Assembly (NCBI RefSeq): GCF_026571515.1
Contig: NW_026859620.1
Location: 186,001-250,000, forward strand
DNA from: Ruditapes philippinarum
Lineage: Eukaryota
Length of the DNA: 64,000 nt
Reading direction: 5' to 3'
Part shown: piece by piece, positions 54,467 through 64,000 of the stretch
Layout: each line of letters starts with the position of its first letter
How positions within the stretch are numbered: the stretch's first letter is position 1
Made by a program: the position numbers and the translations under genes
Notes under the pieces: generated by a model
The model's database searches: none
Seen by the model: only the letters and a program-made list of their open reading frames with translations
Told to the model about the DNA's origin: nothing

Positions 54467-54577
54467 GTACAGAAATGATGTCGTCAAAGACTCAAACAGC
54501 AAGTGGTGGTGTAAGGCAGTTCTACTTTAACCCTGCCACAGGAACGTATATACCCATAGCATCCAGTGCCGCTGCAG
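54467..54577 (+). CDS. KIAA0586: TALPID3 exon H (GTEMMSSKTQTASGGVRQFYFNPATGTYIPIASSAAA)
   Basis: TTTCAG/GTAAAC boundaries, phase 1-1, with TQT and QFYFNP motifs. Confidence 0.82.
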
Positions 54578-55129
54578 GTAAACTTGTGTAACATTGTAAT
54601 GTATATTTAATACACATGTACATTATTTGACTTTGCTAAAACAATAACGTATAATCACATTACATTATAGATGAGAAGTTAAACGCCCAAGTCTAAAAAT
54701 GAAATACAAGTTCTTTTCTGTTCTCTCTTCAGTTAATTAATACAGATTGTTTATTTCCATAGCAACTGATGAATATGTAATACAATTTTTTCTCAAAAAT
54801 AGCTACAGTATTTTCAAAATTTATAAAATTTATTTATAAAATTTGTTAGTAACCTTTGGAACTCATATAATCAATAAAATTGACTGTTTTACATTAATCT
54901 GAATTAAGATAAGCTATGCGTATTGTAAAACTTTTAAACTATTTGATACTGTTCAAAATGATAAGTGCGTTTTTTGACTGATAATCACAATTATCGATTT
55001 TGTAAAACCAGAATAAATAAAAAGACATTTAAATGTTCAAGAAACCTTGATTTTCACATTGACAGACTGAAAACTAAAAATTACATATTAAATGTTTTCT
55101 TTTACTAATTCTGACATCTGATTTTTCAG

Positions 55130-55341
55130 CACCCATACCTGGTCAGTTGATTCCCATGGCAGTACCTCTAGGAGGTCCAAGGATGGATGTTGGTCTAACA
55201 GTGCCTTCCAGTATGACCTCTACACCTGGCCCAGTGACCTTTAACCCTATATCTCAGGTGACAGCAGACGGCAATGTTTCCATGGTTTCTATGGGAATGG
55301 TGGATGAGGATAAGAAGAATAGACCGGAACTAGGAAAACAG
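55130..55341 (+). CDS. KIAA0586: TALPID3 exon I (APIPGQLIPMAVPLGGPRMD...RPELGKQ)
   Basis: TTTTTCAG/GTAGAG boundaries, phase 1 to 0. GQLIPMAVPLG matches recalled GHLIPMAILLG. Confidence 0.86.
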
Positions 55342-56192
55342 GTAGAGTAGACATTAAAAGAACAAAACAAAACATTTCAAGAAGCTTTGTTTTAAAAGAA
55401 CTCCACTAAGGTTCAGAAGCCTTTAAACATCAAATTTAAAATTCTTACATAGATCAACTGTGGCACTCAAAACTAAAAAAATATGCCAAACAAAATAAAG
55501 AAATAAACTCAGATTTAAATCGAAAATAAACTTTTATTGTGATACTTACACAGATTTGAGTTAAGACTATTTAAACAGTAAAAAATTTTGGATAAATTTG
55601 CACAAAATAATGAAAATAATTATTCTTGGGAAACTGAGTGAGGAAACGATCTTGTAACAAATTATCAGTTCAGACCCTACATCAAATGGTAAACAAATCT
55701 AGAATAAACTCACAAAACACTCATTCAAAAACTTTATGCAAAGTTAGAAAACCCTTACCAAGCTAAATGTATATAATGGACTTGCCCTGCTTTTACTTTG
55801 GAACAGTCCATTAACAATTACAGGAATTAAGTATCAAAATACTTTAAATTGAGTAGCAAACTGTTTCTACAGTTTCTAGACTGCACAAATAGGTGAGTTT
55901 ATTATTGTTGCTGTTTACACCTTACACCATGCCATTTTGGATTTCTTAGTATCCCAGCACTTACGGCAAAAATAAAATCCAATTTCATAATTTAGGGACC
56001 CAACCGAACATTTTGGTATATGAAACCTTCTGTTTATGATCGGGGACCAGTTACTCCCCTAGATAAGCGACTTATTTGAGTCTATTTGCAGTTTAAAAAT
56101 ATTTGCTCATTTTAAGAATAAATACAGTCATGTGTTATAATTCGTCATATAATATGAATGATTTATCTATAAAAGATTTTGTTATCATGTAG

Positions 56193-56393
56193 GTATTGCC
56201 TGCGGTAGATATTGACACAGATATTTCTGAACTATCAGAGATCATGGAGGAAGGACCCATCTCCCCAGTCAGGTCAAGGACACCGGAATCGAAATCTAAG
56301 AAGCACGTTCATATTGTCTCGCCCCGTGGCACGCCCAACAAGACACCGGGAAAATCGCCAAACAAGCCGCATTATGAAGTTGTATACCACGAG
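56193..56393 (+). CDS. KIAA0586: TALPID3 exon J (VLPAVDIDTDISELSE...EVVYHE)
   Basis: TAG/GTAGGT boundaries, 201 bp, phase 0-0. Spliced QVLPAVDID matches recalled QVLPSVDID. Confidence 0.86.
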
Positions 56394-57369
56394 GTAGGTT
56401 CATATCGACCGCTACTGCTTATAGTAATGTATAATGAAAAAGTTATACACTATTGAGGGTATAGGCCTAAGGGTATATGTTGTTTTGCGTACTGATAAGT
56501 GAAAACAACATACAATGTAATTGCCAATTATCAATCTTCAAATTTTTTAAAAATCATTTTATTTCTTGGTTTGAAATCTATCTGGTATGGATGCTTTCTT
56601 TTTGTGATCTGTCAACAACAATAATTTTTTCTCAGAAAGGGACTAAGTATTAATTTTATGGTCAAACCAGTAGGACACAGTTGAATATTATTAAAATTTT
56701 CACATGTGTAATTTTCGCATGTGTAAGTTCACCATTCATATATGATCTGATTATAAAATATGACTGAGAATCAGATGATTGTGTCATTTAAAAGTACATA
56801 TTTCAAAACAAAATATTCTTTTGAGTTTTTCAAAACATTCCAAATTGTTTTTACAGCATCTATATTGTGCTTTGCATAGTTAATCTTATGATTGATCATT
56901 TTTCTAAGAAAAACTAGAGGGTTTTGCATAGTTTATAATTGTATCACTAAGCACGATCTATATACAGTTTGAATTTAGGACTGCATGGTTTATCACTTTA
57001 TCTTTAGCCATCCTCATACTTTAAGCATATAAAATCGCATGTTTTTCACCTTATGTACATTGTATGACATATGTTTATTTAAGAAAACTTTCATAGGGTT
57101 TTGCATGTGTGTTTTTTTTTCACTTTGCCATAAAGCTAAGCATTTGTGAAACATTAATTTATAGCATGCAATGGTTATCAATATGTATTGAATCTTATGA
57201 CTATATATTTCTATGCATGGTTTATCACTCTATTTCATTAAGTAAACATATAAGTATAAAGAAAAAACATGGTTTATCACCTCATTTCTTAAGCTATAAT
57301 ATTAATATCTATGTAGAGTTGTGCATTCTTTATCACTTGTGATGAAGCTTTCTTACACAGTTTAAGACT

Positions 57370-60005
57370 ATGCATGGTTTATCACTTAACTCTGCAATTC
57401 TTTATTGTTTATCACTTTATTGTGTAATCATGCATTGTTTATCACTTTATTGTGAAGTCTTCAATGGTTTATCTCTTCATTGTGTAAACATGCATTGTTT
57501 ATCACTTTATGATGTAATCATGCATTGTTTATCACTTTATTGTGAAATCTTCAATAGTTTATCACTATATTGTGAAGTCTTCCATGGTTTATCCCTTTTT
57601 AGCTCACCTTGCACAAAGTGCAGGTGAGCTTTTAGGATGGCCAACCAAATGGCGTCCGTCGTCAGTCGTCCGTCCACATTTTAAATATTCTAAGGACATC
57701 TTCTATGATACCGCAAGGCCAATGTTAATGAAACTTGGCAGGAATACTCTTTGTATGAAGCTCTATCAAGATTGTTCAAAGAATTCCATTTCATGCAGAA
57801 CTCTGGTTGCCATGGCAACCGAAAGAAAAATCTTTAAATATCTTCTTTTAAAGAACCGTAAGAGCTAGAGCTTAGATATTTGGCATGAAACATCTTCTAA
57901 TGAGTGTCTACCAAGTTTGTTCAAATAAAAGCCCTAGGGTCAAAATTGGCCCCGCCCCAGGGGGTCATTGATTTTCCCTATATGCATATAGTAAAAACTT
58001 AAAAAATCTTCTTTTAAAGAACCAAAAGAGCTAGAGCTAAGATATTTGGCATGAAACATCTTCTAGTGAGTGTCTACCAAGTTTGTTCAAATAAAAGCCC
58101 TGGGGTCAAAATTGGCCCGGCCCGGGGGGTCATTGATTTTCCCTATATGCATATAGTAAAAACTTAAAAAATCTTCTTATAAAGAACTGTAAAAGCTAGA
58201 GCTTAGATATTTGGCATGAAACATCTTCTAGTGAATGTCTACCAAGTTTGTTCAAATAAAAGCCCTGGGGTCAAAATTGGCCCCGCCCCAGGGGGTCATT
58301 GATTTTCCCTATATGCATATAGTAAAAACTTAAAAAATCTTCTTTTAAAGAACCCAAAGAGCTAGAGCTAAGATATTTAGCATGAAACATCTTCTAATGA
58401 GTGTCTACCAAGTTTGTTCAAATAAAAGCCCTGAGGTCAAAATTGGCTCTGCCCCAGGGGGGGTCATAGATTTTCCCTATATGCATATAGTAAAAACTTA
58501 AAAAATCTTCTTTTAAAGAACCCATAGAGCTAGAGCTAAGATATTTGACATGAAATATCTTCTAGTGAGTGTCTACCAAGTTTGTTCAAATAAAAGCCCT
58601 GGGGTCAAAATTGGCCCCGCCCCGGGGGGTCATTGATTTTCCCTATATGCATATAGTAAAAACTTAAAAAATCTTCTTTTAAAGAACCGTAAGAGCTAGA
58701 GCTTAGATATTTGGCATGAAACATCTTCTAGTGAATGTCTACCAAGTTTGTTCAAATAAAAAGCCCTGGGGTCAAAATTGGCCCCGTCCCAGGGGGTCAT
58801 AGATTTTCCCTATATGCATATAGTAAAAACTTAAAAAATCTTCTTTTAAAGAACCCAAAGAGCTAGAGCTAAGATATTTAGCATGAAAACATCTTCTAAT
58901 GAGTGTCTACCAAGTTTGTTCAAATAAAAGCCCTGGGGTCAAAATTGGCCCCGCCCCAGGGGGTCATTGATTTTCCCTATATGCATATAGTAAAAACTTA
59001 AAAAATCTTCTTTTAAAGAACTCAAAGAGCTAGAGCTAAGATATTTAGCATGAAACATGTTCTAATGGGTGTCTACCAAGTATGTTCAAATAAAAGCCCT
59101 GGGGTCAAAACTGGCCCCGCCCCGGGGGTCATTGATTTTCCTTATATGTGTATAGCAAAAACTTAAAAAAATCTCTTTGAAAAAACCCAAATAGCTTGAG
59201 TTTAGATATTATACATGAAACATCTTTAAGTAAATATCTACAAAGTTTGTTCAAATAAAAGCCCGGGGGTCAAAACTGGCCCTGCCCCAGGGGTGTCATT
59301 GTTTTTAACTATATGTGTATAGTAAAAACTTAAAAAATCTTCTTTTAAAAAAACCCAATGAGCTAGAACTTAGATGTTTAGCATGAAACATCTTCTTATG
59401 GGTGTCTACCAAGTCTGTTCAAATAAAAGCCCTTGGGTAAAAATTGGCCTGGGGGGGGGGGGGGGGCTATATACAGGTGAGCGACCTCAGGGCCATCATG
59501 GCCCTCTTGTTTCATGAAATCTTCCATGGTTTATCACTATTTTGTAAAGTCATGCATGATTTATCACTTTAATGTGAAGTCATCCATGGTTTCTATGGTT
59601 TATCACTTAATTATCCATTGTGTTCACGTTATTGTGAGGTCATTCCTGGTTTATAACTTTATTGTGATGTTTATGATTTATCACTTAATTGTGAAGTCTT
59701 TCAGGGTTTATTACTTTATTGCGAAGTCTTCCATGGGTAACCAGTTTATTATGTAATCATCCATGGTTTATTGCTTTATTGTGAAGTCTTCCATGGTTAA
59801 CCAGTTTATTATGTAATCATCCATGGTTTATTGCTTTATTGCGAAGTCTTCCATGGTTAACCAGTTTATTATGTAATCATCTATGGTTTATTGCTTTATT
59901 GTGAATTCATCCATTGTTTACCACTTTATTGTGAAGTCATCCATTGTTTACCACTATATTGTGAAGTCATCCATGGGTTTTCACTTTATTGTGTAATCAT
60001 TCATG
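57370..60005. repeat. 30-bp minisatellite (CATGGTTTATCACTTTATTGTGAAGTCTTC) split by the HINE-like insertion
   Basis: The same unit is present at 57370-57595 and 59512-60005. Confidence 0.85.
57596..59511 (+). mobile_element. HINE-like element with about 10 tandem ~166-bp monomers
   Basis: Head TTTTTAGCTCACC..GGTGAGC, GTCC/GTC microsatellite, monomer register 57841, 58007, 58172, 58338, 58506, 58672, 58839, 59006, 59172, 59338. Tail CAGGTGAGCGACCTCAGGGCCATCATGGCCCTCTTGTT. Confidence 0.88.
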
Positions 60006-60017
60006 TAAAATATTCAG

Positions 60018-60116
60018 GAACCAGGCTCAGATGAAGGAGAGAAAGTAGAGGAAGAAGAAAGCATCACAATATCTCAACCTGCTATCACTCATTCTAGCAA
60101 TAATCAAAATCATAGT
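60018..60116 (+). CDS. KIAA0586: TALPID3 exon K (EPGSDEGEKVEEEESITISQPAITHSSNNQNHS)
   Basis: TTCAG/GTAAGC boundaries, 99 bp, phase 0-0, acidic low-complexity frame. Confidence 0.7.
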
Positions 60117-60467
60117 GTAAGCTCTATGTATCCTGTCCTTCCATCTGTCTGTGTGTGGTTGTGTACCAGTGCTTTATAATAACGTCACATGCTTGCTTCT
60201 TTTGTTTTTTGCTTTTGTTTAACCTGATTTTGCGCTCATGTTCACTTGCAACCAGATGTTGCTGAAATTATGTTGCCCGTTGAGGGGTTGTTTGGTATTT
60301 TATTTTTATTGCAAATTTTTAAAGCATATGAACATTATTTGCTAATGTCCTTTTTTTAATGCAAACAGATTCTGCTGAAACTTCTGTCTATTTTTTGGTT
60401 GTTCAGAATTTCTTTATTTCAGTTATTTTCAAAGCATAAGAAAATTATTTGCTAATGTCTTTCTTTG

Positions 60468-60733
60468 TTTTAGCTGGACTTTTATTTGAAAAAAATAATA
60501 GAAGTATTGTTACAGTCACTTTGGCCTTGCCGTTGCCATTGACGTCCGCACACTTGTACCTTAATCATAACTTTTTAAGCTCTTGGTGTATTGTCTTCAT
60601 ACTTGTACACAACAACCTTCTTTTCGTTTTTCCTTAATTTTGTTTTGAAAGATTTGTTTAAACCATTTATTTGTTTGCTTTTAGAAAAAGTAAAAAAGTG
60701 GAGCGTTCCCCCCGCCCGGCTGTGGCTCTTGTT
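60468..60733 (+). mobile_element. Short degenerate HINE-like element related to 49925-50931
   Basis: TTTTAGCTGGACTTTT start, AAAAAGTGGAGCG subterminal repeat, GCTCTTGTT end. Confidence 0.5.
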
Positions 60734-60830
60734 TTATCTATGTTTTCGACCAACCTTTCTTGCAGGGAACTAGTTTAGTAAGCAAAATGATTATTCAGAA
60801 ATATTGTACATCCAAGTGTGCAACAATTCC

Positions 60831-61998
60831 TTTTTTAGCTCACCTGTCACAAAGTGACAGGGTGAGCTTTTGTGATCGCTTTTCGTCCGGCGTCCGTCCG
60901 GCCGTCCGTCCGTCCGTAAACTTTTACTTCAAATGACATCTCCTCATAAACCACTAAGCCAATTTCATCCAAACTACACAGGAATGTTCCTTTGGTGGTC
61001 ACCTTTAAAAATTGTTCAAAGAATTTAATTCCATGCAGAACTCTGGTTGCCATGGCAACCGAAAGAAAAAACTTTAAATATCTTCTTTTAAAGAACCCAA
61101 AGAGCTAGAGCTTAGATATTTGGCATGAAACATCTGCTAATGAGTGTCTACCAAGTTTTTTCAAATAAAAGCCCTAGGGTCAAAATTGGCCCCACCCCAG
61201 GGAGTCATTGATTTTCCCTATATGCATATAGTAAAAGCTTAAAAAATCTTCTTTTAAAGAACTCAAAGAGCTAGAGCTAAGATATTTAGCATGAAACATG
61301 TTCTAATGGGTGTCTACTAAGTTTGTTCAAATAAAAGCCCTGGGGTCAAAATTGGCCCTGCCCCGGGGGTCATTGATTTTCCTTATATGTGTATAGCAAA
61401 AACTTAAAAAACTTCTTTGAAAAAAACCCAAATAGCTAAAGTTTAGATATTAAGCATGAAACATCTTCTAGTTGGTGTCTACAAAGTTTGTTCAAATTAA
61501 AGCCCTGGGGTCAAAACTGGCCCCGCCCCGGGGGTCATTGATTTCCTTATATGTGTATAGCAAAAACTTAAAAAATCTTCTTTGAAAAAACCCAAATAGC
61601 TAGAGTTAGATATTAAGCATGAAACATCTTCTAATAAGTGTCTACAAAGTTTGTTCAAATAAAACCCCTTGGGTCAAAACTGGCCCCGCCTCAGGGGTGT
61701 CATTGTTTTTAACCATATGTGTATATAGTAAAAACTTAAAAAATCTTCTTTTAAAAACCCCAATGAGCTAATGAGCTAGAGCTTAGATGTTTAGCATGAA
61801 ACATCTTCTTATGGGTGTCTACCAAGTTTGTTCAAATAAAAGCCCTTGGGTTAAAATTAACTCTGCGGGGGGGGGGGGGGGGAGAAGGTCATTGTTTTTC
61901 TTTATATGTGTATAGCAAAAACTTAACATCATGAAAAATCTTCTAATGTAAAATCTTCTACAGGTGAGCGACCTCAGGGCCATCATGGCCCTCTTGTT
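60831..61998 (+). mobile_element. HINE-like element, same 166-bp array and tail (about 5 monomers), different head
   Basis: Head TTTTTAGCTCACCTGTCACAAAGTGACAGGGTGAGC with (GTCC)n; 3' tail identical to 57596-59511. Confidence 0.88.
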
Positions 61999-63163
61999 TA
62001 ATTGTACACAGTTAATATTAGCTCAATTTATTGTTTAGACCATATTTCACATCTAAGCTTGGTTTCTAGTTCAAAAGTACTAGCTTAAAAAAACAAACAA
62101 ACAAAAAACAACACAAAAACATAATTGCACCTACAAGTTTGTTTGTTTGTCTGTTTGTTATTGATGTTTTGAAGATAGTGTATAAACCCATGTACTTTGC
62201 AATATCTATATTTTGTATGTCCAATATTCATATTATATGCACCATTAGTGACCCATGTTCACATTTATAATACTTGGATTTACTAATGAAATCTATATTC
62301 TGGGTTAAATGTAATGTACTTATTAAAAGTAATATTTTCATAAAGAGATAGTTATGGTTTTAAAGGATGTTGTACATTTTGTTAGAACATATCAACTGCT
62401 GTGCTTCAGTACAATATCTTTTTATGCAATTCCTTGAGTTATGTTTTAATTTTGATATTAATATTCTATGTTATACTGCTGCTTTCCATTCTGCACTTAG
62501 TATTTACATCCTTGCAGTGAAACCAGATTTACCTTTGTTACAGTTTTTGTCACACAGTTATATTTGCACAGTATTTTATGTTTTAAATAAATGTTGCTTT
62601 AAAATTTGGTTCCATATTTCATACCTGAAAAGAATGCTTAAGTACATTTTATTATACTTAAGTGACATTCCTAATGATATTAAGTAAAGTAAACCAAATT
62701 TGAGCCATGTTTTAAAATTTGAGCCCTTACTGAGTTTATATTATTGAAAACCAAGATCAAAAATTTTCTTTTCTTAAAAAAAAATAAACAAGAAAAAAAA
62801 CTTTTCTTTAGATAAACGTGTATGTAGATTAGATTCTTAATACATGTTTCACATGTAGACCAGTTATTAAATTAAAAAAATTAAAGGGCCTACATCATTT
62901 CATAGTGAAAATATCATTTAAATGCATCAAAAAGGACTTGATAACAGTACACAGAATTTTATTATATATTTTTGCTTTGGCAGAGAAAAATTTCAAGATT
63001 ATTTTTCAGATATTGGATGAAAGGTCACCTTTTCTAAAACAATTTTGTTCTTTTATTATTATGCTGTATCTATCATCTTAGTTGAGCACTTATATAAAAT
63101 AACTGGTCACTCTTGTTCTGTCATTGATGTACCCCTTTTCTCATAAGTCATGTTAAAATGTAG

Positions 63164-63408
63164 AAACTGGCCTGATTAAAGGCTTATGATTCCCAGGATA
63201 AATACTATGTCCTGTTCAGGAGATACCCTGTGAAGAACAGATGTAGAATAGTGACCTGATTCCCGGCTACAAGCCAAAGTCCTGAAGAACAATATAATGG
63301 ACCTGCATTCCCGCCAAAATTGCCGTCTGCTGATAGGCAGTTGACCTCTGACCTTATAGCAGAAGATATAAGAAGAAGAGATCTTCTTCAAAACAAAGCC
63401 ACTGAATG
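63164..63408 (+). pseudogene. KIAA0586: TALPID3-homologous exon with a disrupted 5' half (..PEEQYNGPAFPPKLPSADRQLTSDLIAEDIRRRDLLQNKATEW)
   Basis: 63281-63408 matches recalled YNGPPFPP...RKETLENSLIQW and ends TG|GT. Upstream, the same frame has TGA at 63257-63259 and 63173-63175, and no phase-0 acceptor lies downstream of the stops. Confidence 0.5.
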
Positions 63409-63742
63409 GTACTGAAATTTCTTGATTATTTATAGATCAACAAAACGCAATTGAAAATTACTTAATTTAATGGTAATTTATTATGGAGACAAAAAATATG
63501 AATTTTATTGCTTTCCTGAAATACAATGAATGAATATATCTTCTCAGTTACCAGAGATCTATTTTTTCTGTCAAATCCCTCACAAGGACTTAGATTTAAT
63601 GAGATTTATATTTAAGAATCAATAAGAGGGTTTACTTGTGACAACAGTACATATACAAGAACAAATAGTATCAAATCATGGCTTCATGTAAATCATGAGT
63701 AGTCAATTTCTATATGAATGAAACTATTTTCCTTGATATTAG

Positions 63743-63949
63743 TTTACCTCTAGCCTGCATATGGCAAAAGATTCTTACCCATGTGACCAGTGCAGACCAG
63801 GATAAGTTGGTACCATCTGTTCATGCACTGGTCACTTTTCAGGCAGTATACTAGTAATGTATGAAATTTTCCCTAAAATGAATTAATGGTTTTGTCCGGA
63901 ATGAAAGATGGACAAGTCCATTTAAGATATTTAGAGTGGTAAGTGTTAA
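63743..63949 (-). mobile_element. Same ~200-bp MITE-like family, reverse orientation
   Basis: GAAAGATGGACAAGTCCATTTAAGATATTTAG closely matches the reverse complement of the core at 5734-5765. Confidence 0.6.
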
Positions 63950-64000
63950 GTGAGTTTTATATGCAATAAATTTCATAGAACTATGAAAATGTTTGTATAT

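Overview
Eukaryotic, AT-rich, repeat-dense genomic DNA. The SINE, MITE and HINE repertoire suggests a mollusc, probably a bivalve; this is an inference. There are two protein-coding genes, both on the + strand. (1) An intronless IRF2BP-family gene (IRF2BPL-like, 2557-4338). (2) A multi-exon TALPID3/KIAA0586 ciliogenesis gene that the ORF track largely misses: 11 phase-compatible exons between 27453 and 60116, plus a twelfth homologous segment at 63164-63408 whose 5' part is disrupted. The first visible TALPID3 exon is an internal exon and I found no N-terminal exons between it and IRF2BP. IRF2BP therefore probably sits inside a TALPID3 intron of more than 27 kb, in a CpG-retaining domain of about 23 kb that contrasts with the CpG-depleted TALPID3 body. 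Human paralogous gene orders (ARID4B-TOMM20-IRF2BP2 versus ARID4A-TOMM20L-KIAA0586) independently suggest this linkage is ancient. The rest of the window is non-autonomous mobile elements (Helentron/HINE-like elements carrying 145-175 bp tandem arrays, tRNA-derived SINEs, several MITE families), minisatellites and local duplications. Homology calls rest on recalled motifs, not on database searches.
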